Shown here one piece after another: positions 1 through 8,740 of a stretch of 61,893 nucleotides of DNA. Within the stretch, counting starts at the first letter, position 1; each line of letters opens with the position of its first letter. The translations under genes were made by a program, and so were the position numbers. The stretch comes from Myxococcales bacterium (GTDB lineage: Bacteria > Myxococcota_A > Polyangia > JAHFDS01): positions 1-61,893 of the forward strand of contig JAHFDS010000006.1 of the NCBI GenBank assembly GCA_023248855.1, read 5' to 3'. The notes under the pieces are model-generated. The model was not told the origin of the DNA. It was given only the letters and a program-made list of their open reading frames with translations, and searched no databases.

Positions 1-1
1 A

Positions 2-61
2 CCAGCGGCCGAGGCGAGCTCGAGCGCCTCGAGTCCCGGCCACGCCTGGGGCGGCTCGTGA
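2..61 (+). CDS. 3' end of an upstream CDS, possibly DUF4912-like (partial)
   Basis: Frame 2 reads PAAEASSSASSPGHAWGGS*; its TGA overlaps the GTG of the GH57 gene (GTGA). Ser-rich-tailed DUF4912 genes often precede GH57 branching enzymes; identity is inference only. Confidence 0.3.
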   Translation, partial: PAAEASSSASSPGHAWGGS

Positions 62-1656
62 GCCTGCCCCCGGCCAAGGGCTACCTCGCCCTGGTCCTTC
101 ACGCGCACCTGCCATTCCTCCGCCACCCCGAGCACCGCTTCCACCTCGAGGAGCAGTGGCTGTACGAGGCCATCGTCGCCACGTACCTGCCGCTCCTCGA
201 GTCGTTCCGCTCGCTGGCCGCCCAGGGCGTCCGCTTCCGCGTCACCCTGTCGCTCTCCCCGCCCCTTTGCGCGATGCTCGCGGACTCGCTCCTGCGCGCG
301 CGCGCCTCCGCGCACCTCGACAAGCTGGTGGCGCTCGGGGAGCGCGAGATCGTCCGCACGCGTGACGATCCCGCGCAGCACCGGGTCGCCAGCTTCTACC
401 TCGAGCGCTACGCGCGCCTCCGACGCCTGTGGCACGAGCTCGACGGCGACCTGCTCGGCGCCTTCGCGGAGCTCTGGCGCAGCGGCCACCTCGAGCTCGT
501 CACCGTTTGCGCCACGCACGGCTTTCTGCCGGTCATCCGCGAGCCGGCCGCGCGCCGCGCGCAGATCGCCATCGCCGTCGAGAGCCACCGGCGCCTGCTC
601 GGCGACTACCCGCGCGGCATCTGGCTGGCGGAGTGCGGCTTTGCGGAGGGCGTCGATGCGCTGCTCGCCGAGCATGGCCTGCGCTTCTTCTTCGTCGACT
701 CGCACGGGCTCGAGCACGCGCGCCCGCGGCCGCCGCTCGGGGTCTTCGGGCCCGTCTACACGCCGCGGGGCGTGGCCGCCTTCGCCCGCGACAAGGAGTC
801 GTCGAAGCAGGTGTGGTCGTCGCAAGAGGGTTACCCCGGCGACCCCTACTACCGCGACTTCTACCGCGACATCGGCTTCGATCTGCCGCTCGCGCAGATT
901 GGCCCGTGGGTGCACCCCGACGGCATCCGCGTGCACACCGGCTTCAAGTACCACCGCGTGACCGGGCACGTGGACCTCGGCCAGAAGGCCTACTACGATC
1001 CCGACATCGCGCGCGAGCGCGCCGCGCAGCACGCCGGCCACTTCATGAATTGCCGGGAAGGACAGGTCGAATGGCTCGCTGGCCAGCTCGGCCGCCCGCC
1101 CTGCGTGGTCGCACCGTACGACGCCGAGCTGTACGGCCACTGGTGGTTCGAGGGGCCCATGTTCCTCGACTACCTCCTACGCAAGATCCATTACGACCAG
1201 CAGAACATCGCCACCATCACGCCGCTCGAATACCTGGAGGCGTTCCCGACCAATCCCGTCTGCGAGCTGTCCCCGTCGAGCTGGGGCGACGGCGGCTACG
1301 GCGCGGTCTGGATGGACATGTCGAACGACTGGATCTACCCGCACGTGCATCGCGCGGAGGCCGAGCTGGTCGAAGCCGCGCGCCGGCACGCGGGCACCGG
1401 CGACGTGCTGGTCGAGCGGGTGATGGCGCAGGCCGCGCGCGAGCTCTTGCTGGCCCAGGCGAGCGACTGGGCCTTCATCATCCGCAACCAGACCACGGTC
1501 GAGTACGCGCAGAACCGCGTCAAGGCACACCTGTCGCGCTTCTGGCGCCTCCTTGGCGAGCTCGGCGCCGGCAACATCGACCAGGGCTGGCTCGCTGACG
1601 TGGAATCCCGCGACAACATCTTTCCCGGGGTAGACTGGCGCGTCTACGCGCGCTGA
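58..1656 (+). CDS. GH57 family 1,4-alpha-glucan branching enzyme (DUF1957)
   Basis: LVLHAHLPF, EEQWLYEAIVATYLPL, GIWLAEC, PYDAELYGHWWFEG and ELLLAQASDWAFI motifs. Confidence 0.92.
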   Translation: MSLPPAKGYLALVLHAHLPFLRHPEHRFHLEEQWLYEAIVATYLPLLESFRSLAAQGVRFRVTLSLSPPLCAMLADSLLRARASAHLDKLVALGEREIVRTRDDPAQHRVASFYLERYARLRRLWHELDGDLLGAFAELWRSGHLELVTVCATHGFLPVIREPAARRAQIAIAVESHRRLLGDYPRGIWLAECGFAEGVDALLAEHGLRFFFVDSHGLEHARPRPPLGVFGPVYTPRGVAAFARDKESSKQVWSSQEGYPGDPYYRDFYRDIGFDLPLAQIGPWVHPDGIRVHTGFKYHRVTGHVDLGQKAYYDPDIARERAAQHAGHFMNCREGQVEWLAGQLGRPPCVVAPYDAELYGHWWFEGPMFLDYLLRKIHYDQQNIATITPLEYLEAFPTNPVCELSPSSWGDGGYGAVWMDMSNDWIYPHVHRAEAELVEAARRHAGTGDVLVERVMAQAARELLLAQASDWAFIIRNQTTVEYAQNRVKAHLSRFWRLLGELGAGNIDQGWLADVESRDNIFPGVDWRVYAR

Positions 1657-1797
1657 CGACCTTGGGATTCAAAGCCATGCGGAGCCTTCACTCCCCGGAT
1701 CGGCGACTCTCCCCTCGGGTCAAGTGTGTCTCCCTGGTCCCGGCCGCCGCGCTGCCTGCGACGCGCCCTGGCCGGGCGGTTGCATGATGGCGCGCGC

Positions 1798-3411
1798 ATG
1801 AAGGCGCTCGCCCCCGCGATCCTCCTGCTCGTCCTCGCCTGCGACGACGCGCTCGCCCCACCCCCCGGATCGCTCTCGACGCTGGTCGGTGAGAGCGCAC
1901 GACAGAGCCAGGTCCCCGCGGAGCTGGTCCTGGCGATCGCGGCCGTCGAGGGGGGCCTCGGCCTGCCCCGCCACCGCGAGGTCGACCCCGACGACGCGGT
2001 TCCCATCGCGGGCATCCTCGAGCTGCGTCATGGTGCCCTCGACACGCTCGCGCTCGGTGCCCGGCTGGCCGGGACAACGGAGCTGGCGCTGCGTGAGGAC
2101 ACCGACCTCGGAACGCGCGCCGGCGTGCTCGTGCTCGCGCATCTGGGCCGCCTGCTGGGCGCCCGGTCGGAAGACCTCGCGAGCTGGCGCGCTGCCCTGA
2201 CGGCGCTCTCGGGCCTGCGGGGCCCGGGCGCCGACGCCTACGCGGACAACATCCTCGGCCTCCTGCGCACGGGCGTCGACCTTGCCGCCGGGGGCGGCGA
2301 GCGCGTGCACATCGCGCCGCACCCCGACCTGGCACCGAACCCGCGCAAGCCCCGTGTCAATGCCGCCGAGACGCCCGACTTCGCCGGGGCCGAGTGGTTC
2401 GAGACGTCCTGCTCGGGGAAATGCACCCCAGGGCGACCCGACGGCAATGCCTCGGTCGACACCATCGTCATCCACGACACCGAGGGCGGCTGGATCGCGA
2501 GCGTCGCGACGCTGCAGAACGACCCGGGCAAGAGCGTCCATTACATCATCGACGCCGACGGTGCTCGCGTGGGCCAGTTCCGCCACGAGACCGACACCAC
2601 GTGGCACGCCGGCAACTTCTTCTACAACAGCCATTCGATCGGCATCGAGCACGTGGGCCGCGCCGCCGACGCAGCCGGCTACGCGCCCGCCCTCTATGCG
2701 AGGAGCCGCGCGCTCGTGCGGGACGTCCGGACACGCTGGCAGGTCCCGCTCGACCGGCGCCACATCATCGGCCACTACCAGATCCCGAACGGCAACGCGA
2801 TCGCCGAGAGCTCTGGGGCTTGCGCCGATCGTCTGGGCACGTGCGAGACCAGCGCGAGCTACGGCGGCGCGGGGAACCACCGCGATCCCGGCTACCACTG
2901 GCAGTGGTGCCAGTACATGGAGGGCCTCGGAGCCCGCTGCACCTGCAATGACGCCTACGAGCTCTGGAACTGCACGACGGATCGCACCGAGGCCGTGCGC
3001 TGCGCAGACGGCATGAACGTGGAGATCGCGCATTGCCCCGGCGGGTGCGACGTGATGCCCGTCGGCACACCTGACGTCTGCCACGCGCAGGGAGCCGCCG
3101 GCAGTGGGGGCATTGCCGGCAGTGGGGGCATTGCCGGCAGTGGGGACAATGCCGGCAGCGGGGGCAATGCCGGCTCGGGAGGCAATGCCGGCTCGGGAGG
3201 AACCGGAGAAGCCGGCGGCGCCGGCTCGGGAGACGGGGGCCACGGCGGCACGACCGGCGGGGGCGGCGCCGGGGGCTCGGCAGGCCTCGCCGGAAACTCC
3301 GCCGCAAAACCCACCGACGCCGCCGGCTGCAGCAGCGCTGGCGGACACCATTCGTCCGCGCCGATCTGGCTTCTGCCCCTGCTCACCCTCGGCCTCCGCC
3401 GCCGGCGGTGA
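1798..3411 (+). CDS. Exported N-acetylmuramoyl-L-alanine amidase (Amidase_2) with Cys-rich region, Gly-rich linker and MYXO-CTERM-like tail
   Basis: Signal/lipobox-like MKALAPAILLLVLAC; IVIHDTEG, SVHYII, WHAGN, SIGIEHVG, IIGH and HRDPG motifs; ends GCSSAGG...IWLLPLLTLGLRRRR. Start moved to ATG 1798. Confidence 0.85.
   Translation: MKALAPAILLLVLACDDALAPPPGSLSTLVGESARQSQVPAELVLAIAAVEGGLGLPRHREVDPDDAVPIAGILELRHGALDTLALGARLAGTTELALREDTDLGTRAGVLVLAHLGRLLGARSEDLASWRAALTALSGLRGPGADAYADNILGLLRTGVDLAAGGGERVHIAPHPDLAPNPRKPRVNAAETPDFAGAEWFETSCSGKCTPGRPDGNASVDTIVIHDTEGGWIASVATLQNDPGKSVHYIIDADGARVGQFRHETDTTWHAGNFFYNSHSIGIEHVGRAADAAGYAPALYARSRALVRDVRTRWQVPLDRRHIIGHYQIPNGNAIAESSGACADRLGTCETSASYGGAGNHRDPGYHWQWCQYMEGLGARCTCNDAYELWNCTTDRTEAVRCADGMNVEIAHCPGGCDVMPVGTPDVCHAQGAAGSGGIAGSGGIAGSGDNAGSGGNAGSGGNAGSGGTGEAGGAGSGDGGHGGTTGGGGAGGSAGLAGNSAAKPTDAAGCSSAGGHHSSAPIWLLPLLTLGLRRRR
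3097..3204 (+). repeat. 18-bp coding tandem repeat x6 (AGSGG[I/N]-type)
   Basis: gccggcagtgggggcatt-like unit repeated six times with drift. Confidence 0.9.
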
Positions 3412-3511
3412 TTCGCGCGCGGGGCACTCGCCCCTGTACCGGTCGCCCCGCCCCGCCCCTGATCCGCCTCCCGCGCTGGACGACGTCGGCCCCGCGCTCT
3501 AAGGTCACGGC

Positions 3512-4387
3512 ATGAAGCTGCACGGAGCCATGACCGCCATCGTCACGCCGTTTCGCGGCGGGCAGGTCGACGAGCCAAAGCTGCGCGAGCTGGTCGACTG
3601 GCAGATCACGAACGGCATCGACGCCCTCATCGCCTGCGGCACGACCGGCGAGAGCCCCACCCTCTCGGAGACCGAGCACCTGCGCGTCGTCGAGATCGTG
3701 GTCAGCCAGACCCTGGGTCGCGTCCCGGTGCTCGCCGGCGCCGGCGCGTACGCCACCGATCACGCCATCGCGCTCGGCAAGGCCGCCAGGGAGCGCAAGG
3801 CCGACGCGCTCCTGGTCGTGACCCCCTACTACAACAAGCCCACCCAGGACGGCCTCTATCGCCACTTCCGCGCCATCGCGGAGGCGGCGCGCCTGCCCGT
3901 CGTGCTCTACAACGTGCCCGGCCGCACCGCGTGCGACCTCTTGCCGGACACCGTGGCGCGACTGTGCGACGTGCCCGAGATCGTCGCCATCAAGGAGGCC
4001 ACCGGTCAGGTCACACGCACGCAGGACATCCTCCGCCGCTGTGGCGAGCGCATGATCGTGCTCTCCGGCGACGACGCCACGTGCATGCCGCTCTACGCGG
4101 TCGGCGCCCGGGGCGTCATCAGCGTGCTGTCCAACGTCGTCCCCGACAAGGTCGCCGCGTGCTGGGACGCCGCGGCCGCCGGCGACCTTGCGCGCTCGGC
4201 GCGCATCCACTACGAGACGCTCGACCTGTGCGACGCCCTTTTTCTCGAGTCGAACCCCATCCCGGTCAAGGCCGCGCTCGCGATGATGGGCAGGATCCAG
4301 GAGGAGCTCCGCGCGCCGCTCTACCCGATGAGCGAGGCGCCTCGTGCCAAGCTGCGCGCCGCCATGACCGCGCTCGGGCTCGTCTGA
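3512..4387 (+). CDS. dapA: 4-hydroxy-tetrahydrodipicolinate synthase
   Basis: GTTGESPTL, VTPYYNKP, LYNVPGRT, AIKEATG, NPIPVKAAL. Confidence 0.96.
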   Translation: MKLHGAMTAIVTPFRGGQVDEPKLRELVDWQITNGIDALIACGTTGESPTLSETEHLRVVEIVVSQTLGRVPVLAGAGAYATDHAIALGKAARERKADALLVVTPYYNKPTQDGLYRHFRAIAEAARLPVVLYNVPGRTACDLLPDTVARLCDVPEIVAIKEATGQVTRTQDILRRCGERMIVLSGDDATCMPLYAVGARGVISVLSNVVPDKVAACWDAAAAGDLARSARIHYETLDLCDALFLESNPIPVKAALAMMGRIQEELRAPLYPMSEAPRAKLRAAMTALGLV

Positions 4388-5115
4388 TGACGCCCCTATT
4401 GACGCGCCTCGCCCTCTCGGGCGCGGCTGGGCGCATGGGCCGCATGATCGCCGCCTCCGCGAAGAACGCTGGCGTGGCCGTGGTGTGCGGCATCGATCGC
4501 GCCGGGGATGACCTCGGCTTCCCGGTCGTCGCGACGCCCGCCGATGCCCTCGTCCACGCGCCCGACGTCATCATCGACTTCTCCTCCCCGGCCGGCGCGA
4601 TCGCGAGCGCCGAGGCGTGCGCCCGGAGCGCGGCGGCCGGCAAGCCCGTCGCCCTGGTGGTCGGCACGACCGGGCTCGGGCCCGGCGAGCGTGCCCGCGT
4701 GGCCGAGCACGCCCGCGCCATCCCGCTCCTCATCGCACCCAACACCTCCATCGGTGTCAACGTGCTCTATCGCCTGCTCGCCGAGGCGACGCGCCTGCTC
4801 GGGCCCGCCTTCGACGTCGCGATCGTCGAGGGTCACCACAAGCACAAGAAGGACCGCCCCAGCGGCACGGCGCTCGCGATGGTGGCAGCCATCGAGGCGG
4901 CCGGCGGCAACAAGCCCGACGTGGCCGCCTTCCGCGGCGGCGAGGTCGTGGGCGAGCACACCGCCTACTTTCTGGCCGAGAGCGAGCGCATCGAGATCAC
5001 CCACCGCGCCAGCTCACGCAGCGTGTTCGCCGACGGCGCCGTGCGCGCCGCGCGCTGGCTCGCCGGCAAGCCTGCGGGCCTCTACGAGATGAAGGACGTC
5101 CTCGGCATCGCCTGA
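4387..5115 (+). CDS. dapB: 4-hydroxy-tetrahydrodipicolinate reductase
   Basis: GAAGRMG, IDFSSP, VVGTTG, EGHHKHKKDRPSGTA; ATG overlaps the dapA stop (TGATG). Confidence 0.95.
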   Translation: MTPLLTRLALSGAAGRMGRMIAASAKNAGVAVVCGIDRAGDDLGFPVVATPADALVHAPDVIIDFSSPAGAIASAEACARSAAAGKPVALVVGTTGLGPGERARVAEHARAIPLLIAPNTSIGVNVLYRLLAEATRLLGPAFDVAIVEGHHKHKKDRPSGTALAMVAAIEAAGGNKPDVAAFRGGEVVGEHTAYFLAESERIEITHRASSRSVFADGAVRAARWLAGKPAGLYEMKDVLGIA

Positions 5116-5141
5116 TACGATCGGTTCCCCTGGGCGAGGCC

Positions 5142-6077
5142 ATGACCGACTATGCGCGCCTCCTGACCGAGCAAGCCGGCGACGAGCCGGTCGAGCTCGA
5201 CACCCGAAAGCCAATCGAGATCGTGGACGCCCTGCTCGGCGCGGAGGCGCAGGTTGCCCGCGCGGTGCGCGCCGAGCGTCGCAAGATCGCGGCCGCGGCC
5301 GTGCTGATCGCGCGCGCGATCAAGGCCGGAGGGCGCCTAGTCTACGCGGGCGCTGGCACCAGCGGCCGCCTCGGGACGCTCGACGCCGTCGAGTGCGGGC
5401 CCACGTTCTCGGTGCCGCCCTCGCTGATCCAGGCCGTCATCGCCGGCGGCCCGCGCGCGCTGGTGCGCTCGGTCGAGGGCGCCGAGGACGACCCGAAGGA
5501 TGCGGAAAAGCGAATGCGTCGCGTCGCGGTCGACGCCAAGGACGTGGTCTGCGCCATCGCTGCCAGCGGCGTCACGCCCTTCACGCTTGCGTGCCTCGAC
5601 TACGCGCGCGCGCGACGCGCGGCCACCATCTTCATCACGTGCGCCGACCTCAAGGCCGCCGCGAAGGCCGGCGCCGCCGCCCCCGGTTGCGACCTCCTCA
5701 TCAACCCGCGCGTGGGACCCGAGGTGCTGGCCGGCTCGACCCGGCTCAAGGCCGGCACCGCGACCAAGATGGTGCTCAACGCCCTGTCGACCACCGCGAT
5801 GGTGGGCCTCGGCAAGGTGTACGGCAACCTGATGGTCGACGTCCGGCCCACGAGCGCCAAGCTGCGCGCCCGCGCCGCGCGCATGGTGGCGGACCTGTGC
5901 GACATGCCAGTGCACGAAGCTGCCGAGGTGCTCGCGCGCGGTGGTGGCCGCGTGAAGGTCGCGGTGGTGATGGTCCACCGCGCAGTGCCCGCGGCCAAGG
6001 CGCGCGCGTTGCTGGACGAGGCCGGCGGACGGCTGCGACCGGTCATCGGCGACGTGCGCATCCGTCGCCGGGGCTGA
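5142..6077 (+). CDS. murQ: N-acetylmuramic acid 6-phosphate etherase
   Basis: YAGAGTSGRLG, DAVECGPTF, GPEVLAGSTRLKAGTATKMVLN, GKVYGNLMVDV. Confidence 0.95.
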   Translation: MTDYARLLTEQAGDEPVELDTRKPIEIVDALLGAEAQVARAVRAERRKIAAAAVLIARAIKAGGRLVYAGAGTSGRLGTLDAVECGPTFSVPPSLIQAVIAGGPRALVRSVEGAEDDPKDAEKRMRRVAVDAKDVVCAIAASGVTPFTLACLDYARARRAATIFITCADLKAAAKAGAAAPGCDLLINPRVGPEVLAGSTRLKAGTATKMVLNALSTTAMVGLGKVYGNLMVDVRPTSAKLRARAARMVADLCDMPVHEAAEVLARGGGRVKVAVVMVHRAVPAAKARALLDEAGGRLRPVIGDVRIRRRG

Positions 6078-6079
6078 CC

Positions 6080-7243
6080 ATGCAAGCCGGCCCCGACACG
6101 CTCGCCCGCCTGCTCGCCGCGCGCCAGCGGCCGAGCCGGTTCGTCATCGGCCTGCTCTCGGGCACCAGCGCCGACGCCGCCGATGCCGCCTTGTGCGAGA
6201 TCACCGGCGCCGGGGGCGACGCGAGGGTGCGTCTCATCGCCTACGTCGAGGCGCCGTTCTCCGCCCCGCTGCAGCGCGAGGTGCTCGCCGCCAGCGACGC
6301 CTCCGCGGCCGAGATCGCGACGCTCCACTTCCGCCTCGGCGAGGTGTTCGCGCAGGCCGCGCTCGAAGTGGCCGCGCGAGCGTGCCTTCGCATCGGCGAC
6401 GTCGACCTCATCGCCTCGCACGGTCAGACCGTCAGCCATCAGCCGCCCACACCAGGCCACCCCGGGGCCACCCTGCAGATCGGCGAGGCCGCCGTGATCG
6501 CCGAGCGCACCGGCGTCCCCGTGGTGTGCGACTGCCGCGTGCGCGACATGGCCGCCGGCGGCGAGGGCGCGCCGCTCGTTCCGCTCGCCGACTGGATCCT
6601 GTTCCGCCAGCCCGGCCGCGTGCGCGCACTGCAGAACGTGGGCGGGATCTCCAACGTCACCGCGGTGACCGCGGACCTCGCGGGCGTCCGCGCCTTCGAC
6701 AACGCGCCGGGCAACATGGTGCTCGACGCCGCCACGCGCGCCGCCTTCGGCGAGCCCTTCGACCGCGGCGGGGCGCACGCCGCGCGCGGCCACATCGACG
6801 AGGCCGTGGTCGCCGAGCTGCTCGCACACCCCTTCCTCACCGCCGCTCCGCCCAAGAGCACCGGCCGCGAGGCCTTCGGAGCGCGCTTCGTCGAGCCGCT
6901 GCTCGGGCGATTCGCGGGGCGCGGAGACGATCTGCTCGCGACCCTGACCACCTTCGTCGCGCGCGCGATCGCGGCCAGCTATCTGCGCTTTCTACCCCAG
7001 CGTCCCGACGAGGTGCTGGTCAGCGGAGGCGGCGCCAGAAATGCCACGCTCCTTCTGGCCCTCGCCCGCGCCGCCGCGCCGACCCCGGTCAGCACGCTCG
7101 CACACGCAGGCATGGATCCCGCCGCCAAGGAGGCGGTCGCGTTCGCCCTGCTCGGCAACGAAGCGCTCTTCGCACACGCCGGCAACGTCCCCGCCGCGAC
7201 CGGCGCCACCGGCCCCCGCGTCCTCGGCAAGCTCGTCCTGTAG
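6080..7243 (+). CDS. anmK: Anhydro-N-acetylmuramic acid kinase
   Basis: IGLLSGTSAD, SHGQTV, DMAAGGEGAPLVP, NVGGISN, PPKSTGRE, KEAVAFA. Confidence 0.95.
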   Translation: MQAGPDTLARLLAARQRPSRFVIGLLSGTSADAADAALCEITGAGGDARVRLIAYVEAPFSAPLQREVLAASDASAAEIATLHFRLGEVFAQAALEVAARACLRIGDVDLIASHGQTVSHQPPTPGHPGATLQIGEAAVIAERTGVPVVCDCRVRDMAAGGEGAPLVPLADWILFRQPGRVRALQNVGGISNVTAVTADLAGVRAFDNAPGNMVLDAATRAAFGEPFDRGGAHAARGHIDEAVVAELLAHPFLTAAPPKSTGREAFGARFVEPLLGRFAGRGDDLLATLTTFVARAIAASYLRFLPQRPDEVLVSGGGARNATLLLALARAAAPTPVSTLAHAGMDPAAKEAVAFALLGNEALFAHAGNVPAATGATGPRVLGKLVL

Positions 7244-8629
7244 TCAGGGCCGCGAGGGCCGCGCGCCGTCGAAGTGGTTCGCAGGCGCACCGTCGAGCAT
7301 CGACGTCTGGCCGGCCACCACGAATCGACCCTTCCAGGCGCCGTCGCTGAAGCGATCGATCTTGTGGTCGCCATCGAGGTCCGCGACCTTCGCCACGCCG
7401 GCCAGGTGCAACTCTGCCGCGGTCTGGTCGATGACGAGGATCTCGCCCTCGACGACGCCCCCGACCGCGGTGATGGCGCTCGAGCAGGCCGACGACCACA
7501 TCGACTCCGTGCCGAGCCCGATGTGGTCGAGCACCCAGCGCGCGACGCCGTCGCAGTGGATGAAGTGCGCGAGCACGCCTGCAACGTCCGTGGCGCCCGG
7601 GACCAGCTCGGGGATGATCACTTGCTTGAGCCCGAACAGCACGATCCGGCCGTACGACATCGCGAAGCGATGCTCCGCCAGGGTGAACGCCTGGTTGGTG
7701 CCGCTACCATCGATGTGCTCGGCCGTGGGCTCACCGAGGTCGAGCTGGGAGAGCGCGTAGTCGGCGCGGGTGTTGCCGATCTCGAGATGCACCGACTTGA
7801 GGACGTGCTTTCCATCGAGGCCTGCAAGCGCGCCATTCGCACCGAGCTTCGCCGCGAGCGTGAGCTCGGAGCGGACCTTGAGATGCCGTACGAGCATGTT
7901 CACGTAGGTCCCGACGTTGCGCAGGGTGGACACGAGCTCGGGCGCCTCGGCGAGGATGAAGCCGTTGAGGCCCTGGTCGATGCCCGGGCGGAACGTGCCG
8001 ACGGCAGAGGTCAGGGTGCCCGAACCGATGTGCTCGAGCACCTGGTCGATGAGGAAGGTGGCCGGATCGTTCGGCCCGTCCGTGAGGTCTCCGAGCGTGC
8101 GCAGCGAGCCGCCCACGATGCCCGGCAGGTTCGCGCCGAGGTCGAGCTCGCTGTCGAGGGTGTAGCTGCCGGCATACTCGAGGGGTTGCTCGGGTTGCTG
8201 GGCCGAGCGGACAGCCACGCGCCAGCGCACCGGCGTGGCGCGATCCGCGCTCGCGACCACCTCGAAGGCGGCCACGTGGCCCGCGCGCAGGGTGGACGCC
8301 GCCTGCCCGTCCGCGCCCGTCACGGCCTGCGCGTCGAGGCTGGCACCGCTGGCGGCGGCGAGATCGACGACCGCGAACGCCACACGCCCCGCCAAGGGCT
8401 TGCCGTCGCCGTCCACGTACTTGACCGCGAGGCGCGCCGATCCCGCCTCATCCACGAACACGTCGTGCTCCCCAACGATGACCAGCGCCCGCACGTCGCC
8501 ATCGGGATCCCCCGGCGGGATCTGTGCACCGTGCGGGGCGGGAGCCTCTGGCTGCTGCGCCGGGCTGTCGGCGCAGGCGCCGAGCAGGGCCGCTGGAAAC
8601 AAGAGAGCGAGTAGGATGCGGTGCGACAT
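7244..8629 (-). CDS. Hypothetical lipoprotein with N-terminal Ig-like (Big_1-like) domain
   Basis: Lipobox LLGAC; beta-rich segment with TGADGQAASTL; coding-like codon bias; stop abuts the anmK stop. Confidence 0.7.
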   Translation of the reverse strand: MSHRILLALLFPAALLGACADSPAQQPEAPAPHGAQIPPGDPDGDVRALVIVGEHDVFVDEAGSARLAVKYVDGDGKPLAGRVAFAVVDLAAASGASLDAQAVTGADGQAASTLRAGHVAAFEVVASADRATPVRWRVAVRSAQQPEQPLEYAGSYTLDSELDLGANLPGIVGGSLRTLGDLTDGPNDPATFLIDQVLEHIGSGTLTSAVGTFRPGIDQGLNGFILAEAPELVSTLRNVGTYVNMLVRHLKVRSELTLAAKLGANGALAGLDGKHVLKSVHLEIGNTRADYALSQLDLGEPTAEHIDGSGTNQAFTLAEHRFAMSYGRIVLFGLKQVIIPELVPGATDVAGVLAHFIHCDGVARWVLDHIGLGTESMWSSACSSAITAVGGVVEGEILVIDQTAAELHLAGVAKVADLDGDHKIDRFSDGAWKGRFVVAGQTSMLDGAPANHFDGARPSRP

Positions 8630-8740
8630 GACCCTCCACTAAGCGAGGGTCATGCCACAGTGCGTCTAAGCGATTTCAGTGGTTTGAAGTGGGGACGAAC
8701 GTCCCCTGGCAGGTCGAGAGGTGGCCGGACCCGTGGCCAC

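Noticed and set aside
3097-3204. Repeats here and at 21590-21676 as CRISPR-like arrays
   Set aside because: Contiguous in-frame coding repeats with no spacers and no cas genes.
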